From a bacterium (GTDB lineage: Bacteria; UBA8248): a stretch of DNA of 64,000 nt. Location: assembly GCA_965202625.1 (NCBI GenBank), contig CBDBBI010000010.1, positions 1,632,001 through 1,696,000 on the forward strand, given 5' to 3'. The position numbers were made by a program, and so were the translations under genes. The notes under the pieces were generated by a model, which saw only the letters and a list, made by a program, of their open reading frames with translations, was not told the DNA's origin and ran no database searches. Shown piece by piece: positions 9,315-18,795 of this stretch (position 1 is the stretch's first letter; each line of letters begins with the position of its first letter).

Positions 9315-9707
9315 TCATCTTGCCTCATCCAGGTAGAACTGAAAATCGCCACGGATTTGCGAGATGAAGGCCACCGCGCGGTCGAGGGCGATGAACTCTA
9401 TGTCTTGCGGATCGTCCTGGACCTCGGATTTCAGATCGGCGAGCGCGTCCAGATACGTTTCCGCCTCCGAGCCGGGGGGGGCATCTTTTCTCTCCGCCGG
9501 CGGCTTGCCCGCCTCTACGAAGTCGGTAAACGCGCCCACCTCGTAAGAGATAAAGCAAAACGCATGGTGGAGCGCCTTTTCCTCAACGCCTCCCTCCCCC
9601 TGCGCGTCCTTTCTTAAGGCGTTCAACTGCGCCAAAACAGGCTCAGTCTTCAACGGCGGCTCCTCATCCGTTTCATAGGGGGGTGCTCTCTTTACAGCCC
9701 GTATCAA
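9315..9707 (-). CDS. Hypothetical acidic helical protein with two internal repeats
   Basis: Repeats ALHHAFCFISYEVGAFTDFVEA and ALDRAVAFISQIRGDFQFYLDE; composition looks protein-like. Confidence 0.7.
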   Translation of the reverse strand: MIRAVKRAPPYETDEEPPLKTEPVLAQLNALRKDAQGEGGVEEKALHHAFCFISYEVGAFTDFVEAGKPPAERKDAPPGSEAETYLDALADLKSEVQDDPQDIEFIALDRAVAFISQIRGDFQFYLDEAR

Positions 9708-9851
9708 AAAAGCCCTTTCTCGTTCCAGAGAGTTCTAGGCTCCCCCTTGTATTTCACATGGGTGCTCCCGGCAAGCCTTGCGAAAGCCGTCTTCATGCTA
9801 CCGCAACGCTCACCCTTCATCCATCGCGCGGAGGCACGCCCTACGGCGGCC

Positions 9852-10754
9852 CTAGGAAGACGCGCGGGCCTCCACGCCCGCCATGCGCTCTAAGACCTTG
9901 ACGAGCGCGATGTGGTCGAGCTCCCCTTCTCCATTCGCCACGAGGGCGTTGAACATCTGCGCCACGAGCGCCGCGCCCGGCAGGGCGACCTCGCGCTGGC
10001 GCGCCTGCTCAAGCGCATAGCGCAAGTCCTTCACGTGGCTCGACACCTTGCCGCCGGGGGAGAAATCGCCAGAGAGAATTTTCGGCGCTTTCACCTCAAG
10101 ACCCCCGCAACGCGCGAGACCCGATCCCATGACCTCCACCAACGCGGCGGGGTCGAGCCCAGCCTTGGTGCCGAACACGAGCGCCTCCCCCACGCCTAGG
10201 AACGTAACGCCCACCAGAATCTGATTCGCCAGTTTGGCGATGCACCCAGAGCCCGCGGCCTCTCCCACATGCGCCACCTTCGTCCCCAGTGCCTTGAGCA
10301 GAGACTTGCAACGCTCGAAGGTGGCCCTCGGTCCCCCCGCCATGATGGCGAGCGTCCCCTGGGCCGCACCCTCGGGTGCGCCCGATACCGGCGCGTCGAG
10401 CATCTCCACTCCCTCATTGGCAAGCGCCCTCGCCACGCGCTCGGCGCAAGCGGGATCGTTGCTCGTGCAATCCACCAAAACGCTCCCCGGCCTCATGGCG
10501 GAGGCGAGACCGTTTTCGGCGAACACCACGTCTTCGAGATAGGGGGCGTCGGGCAACATGGTGAAAATGACTTCCGCGTGCGCCGCCACCTCGGCGGGCG
10601 AGCAGCAGGCGCGAGCACCCTCGCGCGCAAGCGCATCGACCGGCGGGCGGCTGCGACTCGCGACCGCCAGCGGATGGCCGGCCGCCAGAAAACGCCGCGC
10701 CATCGGCTTTCCCATCAAACCCAAACCCACGAAGCCAATCGAGACCAAAGACAT
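9852..10754 (-). CDS. Beta-hydroxyacid dehydrogenase (tartronate semialdehyde reductase/3-hydroxyisobutyrate dehydrogenase family)
   Basis: IGFVGLGLMGKPMA, LDAPVSG, KLANQ (catalytic Lys), KDL. Confidence 0.93.
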   Translation of the reverse strand: MSLVSIGFVGLGLMGKPMARRFLAAGHPLAVASRSRPPVDALAREGARACCSPAEVAAHAEVIFTMLPDAPYLEDVVFAENGLASAMRPGSVLVDCTSNDPACAERVARALANEGVEMLDAPVSGAPEGAAQGTLAIMAGGPRATFERCKSLLKALGTKVAHVGEAAGSGCIAKLANQILVGVTFLGVGEALVFGTKAGLDPAALVEVMGSGLARCGGLEVKAPKILSGDFSPGGKVSSHVKDLRYALEQARQREVALPGAALVAQMFNALVANGEGELDHIALVKVLERMAGVEARASS

Positions 10755-10852
10755 TTCTTTCTCCTGCCGGCTGGGTGAAAGCTTGTTTCATCTCCGGCTG
10801 GATTGCCCCCAGGCGAATAACAATCCCGCAGGCGATGGGATGATAATAGCGT

Positions 10853-10879
10853 ATACCTTTTTATTTAATGATAAGGTAT
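10853..10879. promoter_or_regulatory. AT-rich palindrome in a divergent intergenic region; candidate operator
   Basis: ATACCTT-N13-AAGGTAT between divergently oriented genes starting at 10754 (-) and 10987 (+). Confidence 0.4.
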
Positions 10880-10986
10880 TCGGACGGGCGAAATAAACCC
10901 GGCGAAGCGAAACCAACTTTCCCCGCGGTCTCAACGGCTTCAAGAATATACGGATGGAGCGGGCGAGATGGACGCTGGAGAACGAC

Positions 10987-11769
10987 ATGAACCATTCCGA
11001 ACAGGACACGAAAATCAATCAATACCTGCGGCTCACCTCGTTTCCGGTGGCGGTGAAATTCCTCGAATCCTGGGAGGAAGTCCCGCCAAGGACAAAGCGC
11101 CCCAAAGAGGATATGGGCAACCAGTTCACCACCTGCCAAGCGGTGGCCATGGCGCGGCGCTACGGCTGGGCGTTGGCACTTGGGCGCGAGGACAGCAGCT
11201 GCGTCCTGGGCGCGATGGCGCTCGGCCTTGAGCGGAGCCTGCCCCATTACACGGAGGGCAACCTGTGCATTGACCTCTACACGGAGAGCCTAGAGGCGGG
11301 CCGCCTGAGCGAGGCGAGCGTGCCGAGGCTGCCGGAGGGGAAATACGTGGGCGTCCTCGTCGCGCCCTTGCACCGGTCCGCCTTCGCACCGGACACCATT
11401 ATCATCTACGGCAACGGTGCGCAGATCATGCGCTTGGGCCAAGCCTGGCTTTGGAAGCGCGGCGGCGCACTCGCCAGCGAATTCAGGGGCAGAATCGACT
11501 GCGCGGACCTCGCCATCGCCCCGCACGTCACCGGCGCTCCCCAGATGATCGTCCCCTGCACGGGCGATCGTATTTTCGGCCAAGTGCAGGATCACGAAGT
11601 GGCATTCTCTTTTCCCTACGCCGTTATGGACGAGATCATTGAGGGACTCGAGGCCACCCACAAGGCGGGCGCCGCGCGCTACCCGGTGACGAACTGGCTC
11701 AACTACTCGGGGGGTTTCCCCCCCGCCTATGAGCGATACAGGAAAATGCTGGAAGAAGAAAAAGAATAG
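10987..11769 (+). CDS. DUF169-family protein
   Basis: LRLTSFPVAVKF, CQAV.MARR.G, C..G..ALG, PD.IIIYGN.AQ.MRL, PCTGDR.F pattern. Confidence 0.85.
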   Translation: MNHSEQDTKINQYLRLTSFPVAVKFLESWEEVPPRTKRPKEDMGNQFTTCQAVAMARRYGWALALGREDSSCVLGAMALGLERSLPHYTEGNLCIDLYTESLEAGRLSEASVPRLPEGKYVGVLVAPLHRSAFAPDTIIIYGNGAQIMRLGQAWLWKRGGALASEFRGRIDCADLAIAPHVTGAPQMIVPCTGDRIFGQVQDHEVAFSFPYAVMDEIIEGLEATHKAGAARYPVTNWLNYSGGFPPAYERYRKMLEEEKE

Positions 11770-11824
11770 GGGCGATTCCCTGCAAGTCGCGCCGCCAAAG
11801 CGGTCCGCCCCGCGCAGAGGTGGC

Positions 11825-11852
11825 TTGACATACTGCGACCCCATGTTAGAGT
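11825..11852 (+). promoter_or_regulatory. Sigma70-type promoter
   Basis: TTGACA (11825-30), a 16 nt spacer ending in TG-T, TAGAGT (11847-52); AAAAGGAG RBS at 11881-88 before ATG 11898. Confidence 0.6.
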
Positions 11853-11897
11853 ATTCGGAACACTCACTTTACTATACAAGAAAAGGAGATAAATCGT

Positions 11898-12344
11898 ATG
11901 AGACTCCCTAAAGAGAGGTTGCGTCCGTCCGTGAGGGTCATACTGGGCGGCCTGTTGGCGTTCGCGCTCGCTGCCGCGCCGGGGCCGTTCGCCGACACCG
12001 CCATCGCGCAGAGCTCTCAAGACAAAATGGGCAAAAGCGCCGTCAAATACGTTGTCAGCGTGGATTATCCACTTGGCGGCAAAGCGAAATATATCGCATG
12101 GGTGAAATCCATCGCCGCAGATCTCAGCGCTCCGAGCGAGGTGCGGCGAATCACTTCATACGACGACTTCTTCGGCGCATCGCCAAACCGCGTCATTGAG
12201 TTCGAATTCGACAGCATGCAAGATGCCGGGAAGTATTTCGCAAACGAGAAAGTGCTCGCTGTTTTCCAGAATTGGAACGGGTATGGCGTCAACGCCAAGA
12301 TTCAAGTGCTTTCGCTGCGCAGCGACTACGAAGCGAAGAAATAA
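11898..12344 (+). CDS. Exported hypothetical protein, probably dimeric alpha/beta-barrel (DUF1330/EthD-like)
   Basis: Signal peptide ending AIA-QS; NRVIEFEFDSMQDAGKYF segment typical of these barrels; strong RBS. Confidence 0.7.
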   Translation: MRLPKERLRPSVRVILGGLLAFALAAAPGPFADTAIAQSSQDKMGKSAVKYVVSVDYPLGGKAKYIAWVKSIAADLSAPSEVRRITSYDDFFGASPNRVIEFEFDSMQDAGKYFANEKVLAVFQNWNGYGVNAKIQVLSLRSDYEAKK

Positions 12345-12376
12345 GGGTATAAGAGAAACGCCTACCTACGGAAGTC

Positions 12377-12407
12377 AACGCCTCCCCCAGCCAAGGGGGA
12401 GGCGTTT
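12377..12407 (+). terminator. Perfect 12-bp GC hairpin, probable terminator
   Basis: AACGCCTCCCCC-agccaa-GGGGGAGGCGTT, about 30 nt after the stop at 12344; only a short T tail. Confidence 0.45.
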
Positions 12408-12532
12408 GGTGTGATACGGAGCGTTTTTCGTCCTGAGTCCCTTCCGGAGAGTGTTGCGGTGCGCAAATGAATACCGATTGAGAACGCGCGCATCTTGTCC
12501 TTGATCGCGCAAACTAAAGAGACTTCGCTTTG

Positions 12533-12720
12533 ATGGATGCGTTTTGGAAATCCCGCAACGTGTTCGGGACCGGCTGCACCGGCTTTATCGGAGGCTGGGT
12601 GGTGGACGAGACGAATTGTTGAGAGCAGGTCTGAACGTCGTTGACCTCGTTCGAAATTGGGTTCCAAGGTCGAGAGTCGTCTCGGAGGATCCCTTCGAGC
12701 AAATGTCCTCCGTTCGGGGT
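12533..12720 (+). pseudogene. Frameshifted, truncated N-terminus of an NDP-sugar 4,6-dehydratase (RfbG-like)
   Basis: MDAFWKSRNVFGTGCTGFIGGWVVDE, then after a GACGA duplication (12605-14) LLRAGLNVVDLVRNWVPRSR...VRG. Similarity is then lost. rfbF lies downstream. Confidence 0.75.
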
Positions 12721-12926
12721 CCAGTGACAAGGCGTATAGCGTTCAATCCCCCCTGCCTTACACAAAAAAGCCCGGCGGATGATAATCTGCCCTTCGATTC
12801 GACACTTGCAAACGCAAGGCGAAGGGCTACGTGTCGCCGCGTCAGTGGGGACAGGAGATAAGGGCGACTCTCAAGATGAGCGAGAAGGTTCCTTTCCGCT
12901 AGGCGAGGGGGAAGACGGAGAAACAG

Positions 12927-13877
12927 ATGGTTACCGTCAGCGTCGTCATGCCTACACATAACCGGGCCAACCTCATCGGCGAGGCGATTTCGTCCGTCCT
13001 CGATCAAACGTTCCAGGATTTTGACCTCCATATTATCGACAATGGCTCAACCGACAATACAAAGGACGTCGTCGACTCGTTTGATGATGAAAGACTGAAC
13101 TACTTCTGGCAAGAGGACAGCGGCCTGCCCGCAGATTCGCGCAACGTCGGCATCGCGCGATCCGGGGGGGAATTCATCGCCTTTATCGACTCGGACGATC
13201 TATGGCTCTCCGACAAGCTTGAGCACCAGGTGAAGGCGATGACAACGAACGCAAACTGCGGCATCGTCACTTCCAACTACAAATACATCGCGGACCACCC
13301 CTTGCACGACAAGGCAGTCCTCCGAAACAACGTTCCCACCGGTAGGATATTCGAGAAGTTGCTCCACAAGAATTTCATATGCACGTCCATGACGATGGTG
13401 CGCCGCGCCGCGCTTGAGAAAGTGGGCGTATTCACCCTGGATCCCCAGATACCCTGTTCAGAGGATTTCGAACTGTGGCTGAGAATCACCCATGATTTTG
13501 AATTCGAATACGTCCCAAAAGTGGGTGGCTTCTATCGAGTCCACGACCAGAATCTGTCGAAAGGCGGCGCCTCGATCCAAATCCTTTTCTCTCAAATCCG
13601 GACCCCAGAAAAAATATGCGCGATGTACCATCTCCCCCAAAAACTCATAGATTCGGTGATGTCTGAACACTACGCGAGTCAAGCGTTTCATTTTTTACGG
13701 GCCGGCACTCCGAAATCGTTTCGACACGCCATTCGCCAAAGCGCCAAACACGGCCTTACGATGAAAAACGTCGGGCTTTTTTGGGGGCACGGCCTGCTGG
13801 GAGCAGAAAGGCTTATACGGCTCTTCAACTTTATCCGCCGCCGGGGTTTGAATCCTTCTAAAAGCTATGTCCGCTAA
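12927..13877 (+). CDS. Glycosyltransferase family 2
   Basis: VSVVMPTHN, IIDNGSTD, RNVGI, AFIDSDD (DxD), EDFELWLR. Confidence 0.93.
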   Translation: MVTVSVVMPTHNRANLIGEAISSVLDQTFQDFDLHIIDNGSTDNTKDVVDSFDDERLNYFWQEDSGLPADSRNVGIARSGGEFIAFIDSDDLWLSDKLEHQVKAMTTNANCGIVTSNYKYIADHPLHDKAVLRNNVPTGRIFEKLLHKNFICTSMTMVRRAALEKVGVFTLDPQIPCSEDFELWLRITHDFEFEYVPKVGGFYRVHDQNLSKGGASIQILFSQIRTPEKICAMYHLPQKLIDSVMSEHYASQAFHFLRAGTPKSFRHAIRQSAKHGLTMKNVGLFWGHGLLGAERLIRLFNFIRRRGLNPSKSYVR

Positions 13878-13979
13878 GAATCGTCCTCATCATCGCCAAA
13901 GCGCCGACCCCCTTTACCCGGTGTGCGCAAAATCGGATACGCTTTGGGTTTCTCATCTGAGGCCAAGGAGTTTTCGCGA

Positions 13980-14759
13980 GTGAAAGTCATCATACTGTGC
14001 GGCGGCGAGGGCCGTCGCCTTGAGCAGGAGACCGAGACAAAACCCAAGCCCATGGTTCGGGTGGGGAACGTGCCCATTTTGTTCCAAATCATGGCGACAT
14101 ACGCCCACTACGGTTACAACGATTTCGTCCTGTGCCTCGGCTACAAAGGAGAGATGATAAAGGATTATTTCCTCAATCATAAATATCTGACGAACGATAT
14201 CACCGTAAACATGAAGACCGAAGAAGTTCTTGTTCACCGCAATTCCCATTATCCCGACTGGCGAGTCAGCTTGATCGACACGGGCCAAGCCACACAGACC
14301 GGCGCGCGCCTAAAGCGGGTGGAGCCTTACGTGGATTCAGATTCGTTCATGCTGACGTATGGAGACGGCCTCACAGATCTGGATATCCGCGCGGTGGAGG
14401 CGTTTCATAAAAATCATCGGAAAATCGGGACGGTGACCGGCGTTTTCCCGCCGTCTCGTTACGGTGAGCTCACGATAGACGGCGACCAGGTGAAGGCGTT
14501 TCAAGAAAAGCCAGCTGCCGCGAGCGATTTGATCAACGGCGGTTATTTCGTTTTCTCTCGGAAATTTTTTGAATACTTGGACGAGGACGCCCATTGCGTT
14601 CTTGAGAGAGAGCCGCTAGAGCGTCTCGCCCAAAGCGGGGAGCTCAAGGTTTTTCGCCATGAAGGCTTCTGGCAGTGCATGGATACGCCGAGAGACCTAG
14701 AGTATCTGAACTCCCTGTCCAAACAACCTCTACCGCCATGGAAAAATTTGAAAGAATGA
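13980..14759 (+). CDS. rfbF: Glucose-1-phosphate cytidylyltransferase
   Basis: IILCGGEG.RL..ET..KPKPMV, LGYKGE.IK.YF, DTG..TQTGARLK, TYGDG, INGGYF, GFWQCMDTPRD. Confidence 0.92.
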   Translation: MKVIILCGGEGRRLEQETETKPKPMVRVGNVPILFQIMATYAHYGYNDFVLCLGYKGEMIKDYFLNHKYLTNDITVNMKTEEVLVHRNSHYPDWRVSLIDTGQATQTGARLKRVEPYVDSDSFMLTYGDGLTDLDIRAVEAFHKNHRKIGTVTGVFPPSRYGELTIDGDQVKAFQEKPAAASDLINGGYFVFSRKFFEYLDEDAHCVLEREPLERLAQSGELKVFRHEGFWQCMDTPRDLEYLNSLSKQPLPPWKNLKE

Positions 14760-14934
14760 CGAGGGAAACGACAAGAAAAACGCGCCGGGCGCAAGAGCCA
14801 TCAAAGAGGAAAGCGTTCGTGTGCTCCCACTGAACCCATGCGTGAACCGAGGATATAGGGTGGGGATCGCGCGTCCCGAACGTCCTAAATGGCGCGGGGA
14901 GGTCGCCTGATTACGGAAAACGCTATGAGCGCGG

Positions 14935-15174
14935 CTAGAGCTTCTCGCCGCGTCTTCTGATGTCGGAGAGGACTCTCGATATGCCGCGCTTGGCGATAAT
15001 CTTGAGACCTCGCGCGGAAACCCGAATCTTCACCCAACGCTTCTCCTCAGGCACGTAGAAGCGCTTCGTATGCAGGTTCGCCTCGAATCGTCTTCTGGTC
15101 TTCTTGTGCGAGTGGGAGACGCTGTTCCCATACATCACGCTCTTGCCTGTGACGACGCATCGCTTGCGCGCCAC
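14935..15174 (-). CDS. rpmB: 50S ribosomal protein L28
   Basis: RCVVTGK..MYGNSVSHSHKKTRRRFEANL..KRFYVPEE.RWV. Start is GTG 15174 or ATG 15195. Confidence 0.96.
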   Translation of the reverse strand: MARKRCVVTGKSVMYGNSVSHSHKKTRRRFEANLHTKRFYVPEEKRWVKIRVSARGLKIIAKRGISRVLSDIRRRGEKL

Positions 15175-15195
15175 CGCATTCCCTGGGGCTTTCAT

Positions 15196-15345
15196 CTATT
15201 TCGTCTCCCGAAATGCCTGGTGGCTGCGGCAGAATTTACAGTATTTTCTGAATTCGAGCCGATCCGGAGTATTCCGCTTGTTCTTGGTGCTGGTATAACG
15301 CATTTTCTTACACGTCCTGCACTCGAGCTGAATGTTCTCGCGCAT
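15196..15345 (-). CDS. rpmG: 50S ribosomal protein L33 (Zn-ribbon form)
   Basis: [12 protein letters not shown]...[33 protein letters not shown]. Confidence 0.97.
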   Translation of the reverse strand: MRENIQLECRTCKKMRYTSTKNKRNTPDRLEFRKYCKFCRSHQAFRETK

Positions 15346-15600
15346 CATGAAACCTCGTTCGAAATGAACGCCTTGGGAAGCATCCCCCCCCATCCGGAGG
15401 ACGAAAAGATAAGATGAACCATAGCCAAAACCGTGAAAAAAGGCAAGTCGCACGGAGGGACGCGCCTGTATTTTGCTCATCGTTTATACGCTAGAATGTC
15501 CGCACTTGAATGCAACCAAGAGGCGGATAGAGCGCGAAGCGTCTTGAACCTCAGGGTGCGGATAAAAATCTGAAAATTCAAACAGCGAAGGAGAGAGATC

Positions 15601-16482
15601 GTGTCGAAAATTGTCGCGTATCTTGGGCTTGGCACCATGGGCGGGGCCATGGCTTCCAATTTTCTAAAGGCGGGCTTTGAGGTTCACGGGTTCGACCCAG
15701 CGCGAGAGGCCCGAGCCCGGGCGGAAGAAGCGGGGGTGAAAATCTTCGACTCTCCGGCCTCGGCCGCAGAGGAGGCCGAGGTCATCTGCTCATCCGTGCC
15801 TGAAACCAAGGACGTTCACGAAACCTATCTTGGGGAGAAGGGGGCGCTGCTCACGGCCAAGGAGGGCGTCGTCTGCTTTGATTTCTCAACCATCGCCCCC
15901 AGCGGCAGCCAATCCATCGCAGAGCAGGCGGCGCAAAAGGGTGCCATATTCCTCGACACGCCGGTAAGCGGCAGCGCCCCCAGCGCCATCAGCGCGGAGC
16001 TGAACGTGATGGTCGGCGGGGATGAGGCGGCGATGAGGCGGCATCGCGACGTGCTTGAGGCCGTCTCCGAATCCATCCACCATTTCGGGCCGAACGGCGC
16101 AGGTCTGCACATGAAGCTTGTGGCCAACCAAATCGTTTCGGTGTTTCTTTCCGTGGTGTCGGAAGGGCTCAACCTTGGGGAGCGATCCGGACTCGACCCG
16201 GTGAAAATGATGGAGTATCTGAAGGCAGCCTCGATTCCGAAAATTCTGGGCATCAAGGGTCCCGCCCTGGCAAGGAGAGACTACACGCCCTATTTCAAAG
16301 TAGATTTGATGCGAAAGGATTTGCGCCTCATCTCCGAGATGGCCGAGGCGTCGAAGACGCCAACGCCTTTCGCCGCGATGGCGAGACAGATTTTCATCGC
16401 GGCGTCGGCCATGGGCTTCGGGGATGAGGACCAAAACGCCGTGCGCGAGTTTTTTGACAAGACCGCCGGCATGAGTAACTGA
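15601..16482 (+). CDS. Beta-hydroxyacid dehydrogenase family protein
   Basis: YLGLGTMGGAMA, LDTPVSG, MKLVANQ, KDL. Confidence 0.92.
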   Translation: MSKIVAYLGLGTMGGAMASNFLKAGFEVHGFDPAREARARAEEAGVKIFDSPASAAEEAEVICSSVPETKDVHETYLGEKGALLTAKEGVVCFDFSTIAPSGSQSIAEQAAQKGAIFLDTPVSGSAPSAISAELNVMVGGDEAAMRRHRDVLEAVSESIHHFGPNGAGLHMKLVANQIVSVFLSVVSEGLNLGERSGLDPVKMMEYLKAASIPKILGIKGPALARRDYTPYFKVDLMRKDLRLISEMAEASKTPTPFAAMARQIFIAASAMGFGDEDQNAVREFFDKTAGMSN

Positions 16483-16500
16483 CTCCTCTCGCCAGAGGCG

Positions 16501-17511
16501 TCAAGTCCGCTTTTTGAAAAAACCCGACACGGGCAACTCCGCGCCCACGCCTTGGGCCTTCGCGCGCCTATACAACTCCGCCCCCAACGCCACGTCCTCT
16601 ATCGCAACTCCCTGGCTCAGAAACAGATTGACCTCATCGTCAGACGCGCGCCCGGGCATAACGCCCGCCGCGATCAGCCCGATCTCCGAGACCTGGCCCC
16701 ATTGAATGACGTTCGCCCGCACGGCGCCCGCCAAGTCGCCGCTCTCAAACTTCGCGCCCTCAAGGTTATCCGTCACGATCCTTCCCTTGGCCGCGCGACG
16801 GAAGGTCGCATCGTCCACCTCGCGATGCGTGATGCGGTTCGAACCCGCCGCGATTACGGTCGCGCCCGGCACCAGCTCGTTTCCATCAAACACCGGCTCA
16901 CGCGCCGTGGTGATGACGCAAACGATTTGCGATCCTCTTACCGCCTCGCTCGCAGATTCCACGGCGACGAGCTCCGCACTCACCCTATCGCCCATGGTGC
17001 GAACGAACCGCTTTCGCTTCTCAGGACTTCGGCTGTGCACCTTCACCACTTTAAGGTCGCGCGCGCAGCAGAGCGCCTCCAGCTGCGCCCTCGCCTGCCA
17101 ACCCGTGCCCACCAATCCCGCCTCCACCGCGTCCGCCCGCGCCATGTATTTGGCGGCGACCCCACTCGCCGCCCCCGTGCGCATCTGCCCGAGTGCGTTC
17201 GCCTCCACAAGCGCCAGCATCTCGGACGTGTTCGCGTCCCAAAGCAGGAAGATGAATCGCACGCCGACGCCCGCAAACGAGGTGTAGGCTTTCAAACCCA
17301 GGTATCCCTCATTCTCGTCGATCACCCCACCAAACATGACGTGCATCGCTCCCTTGGGAACGAAAACCCGCCTTCTCGGCTGGTTCGGCGCCCGACCCTC
17401 TCCCTGCGCCTTAAAGCATTTTTCCACCACGTCCATGACGTCGGACATGCGCACCAATTCCTTCACGTCGGATTCATTCAAATAAAGCAACGGTCCGCTC
17501 TCCTTCTGCAT
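16501..17511 (-). CDS. Ornithine cyclodeaminase/mu-crystallin family protein
   Basis: GLKAY, MRTGAASGVA, GTGWQAR, F.SQGVAIED. Confidence 0.92.
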   Translation of the reverse strand: MQKESGPLLYLNESDVKELVRMSDVMDVVEKCFKAQGEGRAPNQPRRRVFVPKGAMHVMFGGVIDENEGYLGLKAYTSFAGVGVRFIFLLWDANTSEMLALVEANALGQMRTGAASGVAAKYMARADAVEAGLVGTGWQARAQLEALCCARDLKVVKVHSRSPEKRKRFVRTMGDRVSAELVAVESASEAVRGSQIVCVITTAREPVFDGNELVPGATVIAAGSNRITHREVDDATFRRAAKGRIVTDNLEGAKFESGDLAGAVRANVIQWGQVSEIGLIAAGVMPGRASDDEVNLFLSQGVAIEDVALGAELYRRAKAQGVGAELPVSGFFKKRT

Positions 17512-17538
17512 TCAAAGTTTCCCGACACCCAAAATACC

Positions 17539-18783
17539 TCAGGCCAAGACGACGCTGCAAAAAGTGACCGTTCCATTCGGGTCCGGCCACTGGGCATAGC
17601 GAAGCACCTCCCCCCCGCACTCACCCAAAACGCGCAGCATGGTGTAGACAGGTGCGAGACCACACACCCTCCTCGCGTCTCCATCCTCCGCGACGCTCCA
17701 ATAAAACGCTTCCGCATCTCCACAGCATACCGCATCAAGGGATTTTTCGTCCGCCAGGGCCAACTCCTCAAGCCGCGTTTCATCCACGGGGCCTTCGTCG
17801 CCGAATTGGGGGCCAACGTGAGCGAAATCCACGCTCGCTATCAAGCAGACTCTTTCCCCTTTTCGCTGATACGCAGAGATGGTCTTTTCCAAGGCGGCGA
17901 CGAAAGTCTCCACCTCCTCATCGCCCCGGGGAGATTTTCCATTCACGACAAACCTGTTGAATGAACCCACCAAGACGGGGACAAACCGAATCGACCGAAC
18001 GCCGGCGAAGATATATTGAAGAAAAACCGCCTGAAACTCGATGGCGTGCTCGGCGCGATGCGCGAATTCATCCTGAAAAGAATCCACCCTCAACCGGCCC
18101 GAGAGCTCGTCCACGAATTCCGCATTTGCCTCCAAAATCCCGAAAGGCGTATCAAAAGATTTTCGGGTGAGATTATAAACGTTTCGCATCGGGACATGCG
18201 CCGTTCCCAAAACGACGAACAAGTCGGCGTCGGTGCGCTCTGCGATTGACTTATAAGCCCACGCGAAGGTAGCACCACCGCGATCAAAGTCGATATGCGG
18301 GGCGATGACAGCTCGAAGCGGATCGGAAACGGACGCGGACAAACGTAGCGAGGGCATCCCCGGGCCATCCGGATCGGTGAAAAAGCCATCTATGCGCGAG
18401 CGCAGCTGCGCGGGATCTGCCTCGTAGCTTCTCACCGTCAAAAAACTCGGACGCACAGAAACGCGCAGAAAAGCCTCCTTGAGCGATGCGCTCCAAGAGT
18501 CAAAGCCATCTCCTTCGAGGAAATGCGCCTCCTCGAGTCGAGACACGAGCGCACGGTAATTCTCCTCCGAGACGTCCATTCCGTGGAGGGACTTGCATTG
18601 CGCCTTGATGCTTTCAAAAGCGTGGTGCCCATCCAGCCGTTCCAGAACGGGAACCAAAGGCATGGGCACAAGAAGAATCGCATCACTGATGCGAAGCGGA
18701 TCCTTTAGCATCAACGCGCTTTGTCCTTCATGATTCGTGAAGGTGATCTCCAAGGGCCTGAGTTTCACTTGCTCCAACGCCAT
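17539..18783 (-). CDS. amrB: AmmeMemoRadiSam system protein B (MEMO1 family) with a ~100-aa N-terminal extension
   Basis: IAPHIDF.RGG, LGTAH, H..EHAIEFQ, ASVDFAHVG, VCGLAP. Confidence 0.85.
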   Translation of the reverse strand: MALEQVKLRPLEITFTNHEGQSALMLKDPLRISDAILLVPMPLVPVLERLDGHHAFESIKAQCKSLHGMDVSEENYRALVSRLEEAHFLEGDGFDSWSASLKEAFLRVSVRPSFLTVRSYEADPAQLRSRIDGFFTDPDGPGMPSLRLSASVSDPLRAVIAPHIDFDRGGATFAWAYKSIAERTDADLFVVLGTAHVPMRNVYNLTRKSFDTPFGILEANAEFVDELSGRLRVDSFQDEFAHRAEHAIEFQAVFLQYIFAGVRSIRFVPVLVGSFNRFVVNGKSPRGDEEVETFVAALEKTISAYQRKGERVCLIASVDFAHVGPQFGDEGPVDETRLEELALADEKSLDAVCCGDAEAFYWSVAEDGDARRVCGLAPVYTMLRVLGECGGEVLRYAQWPDPNGTVTFCSVVLA

Positions 18784-18795
18784 GCGCGAAATTCC

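Noticed and set aside
12375-12410. GTCAAC plus hairpin resembling an IS200/IS605 or IscB-associated end
   Set aside because: No tnpA/tnpB/iscB and no second copy seen; a terminator is the simpler explanation.
15190-15200. TAG immediately followed by an in-frame start (rpmG/rpmB, also at 6545/6546): possible amber read-through
   Set aside because: Both sides are complete, normal-length proteins, no motif spans the stop, and no pyl genes are visible.
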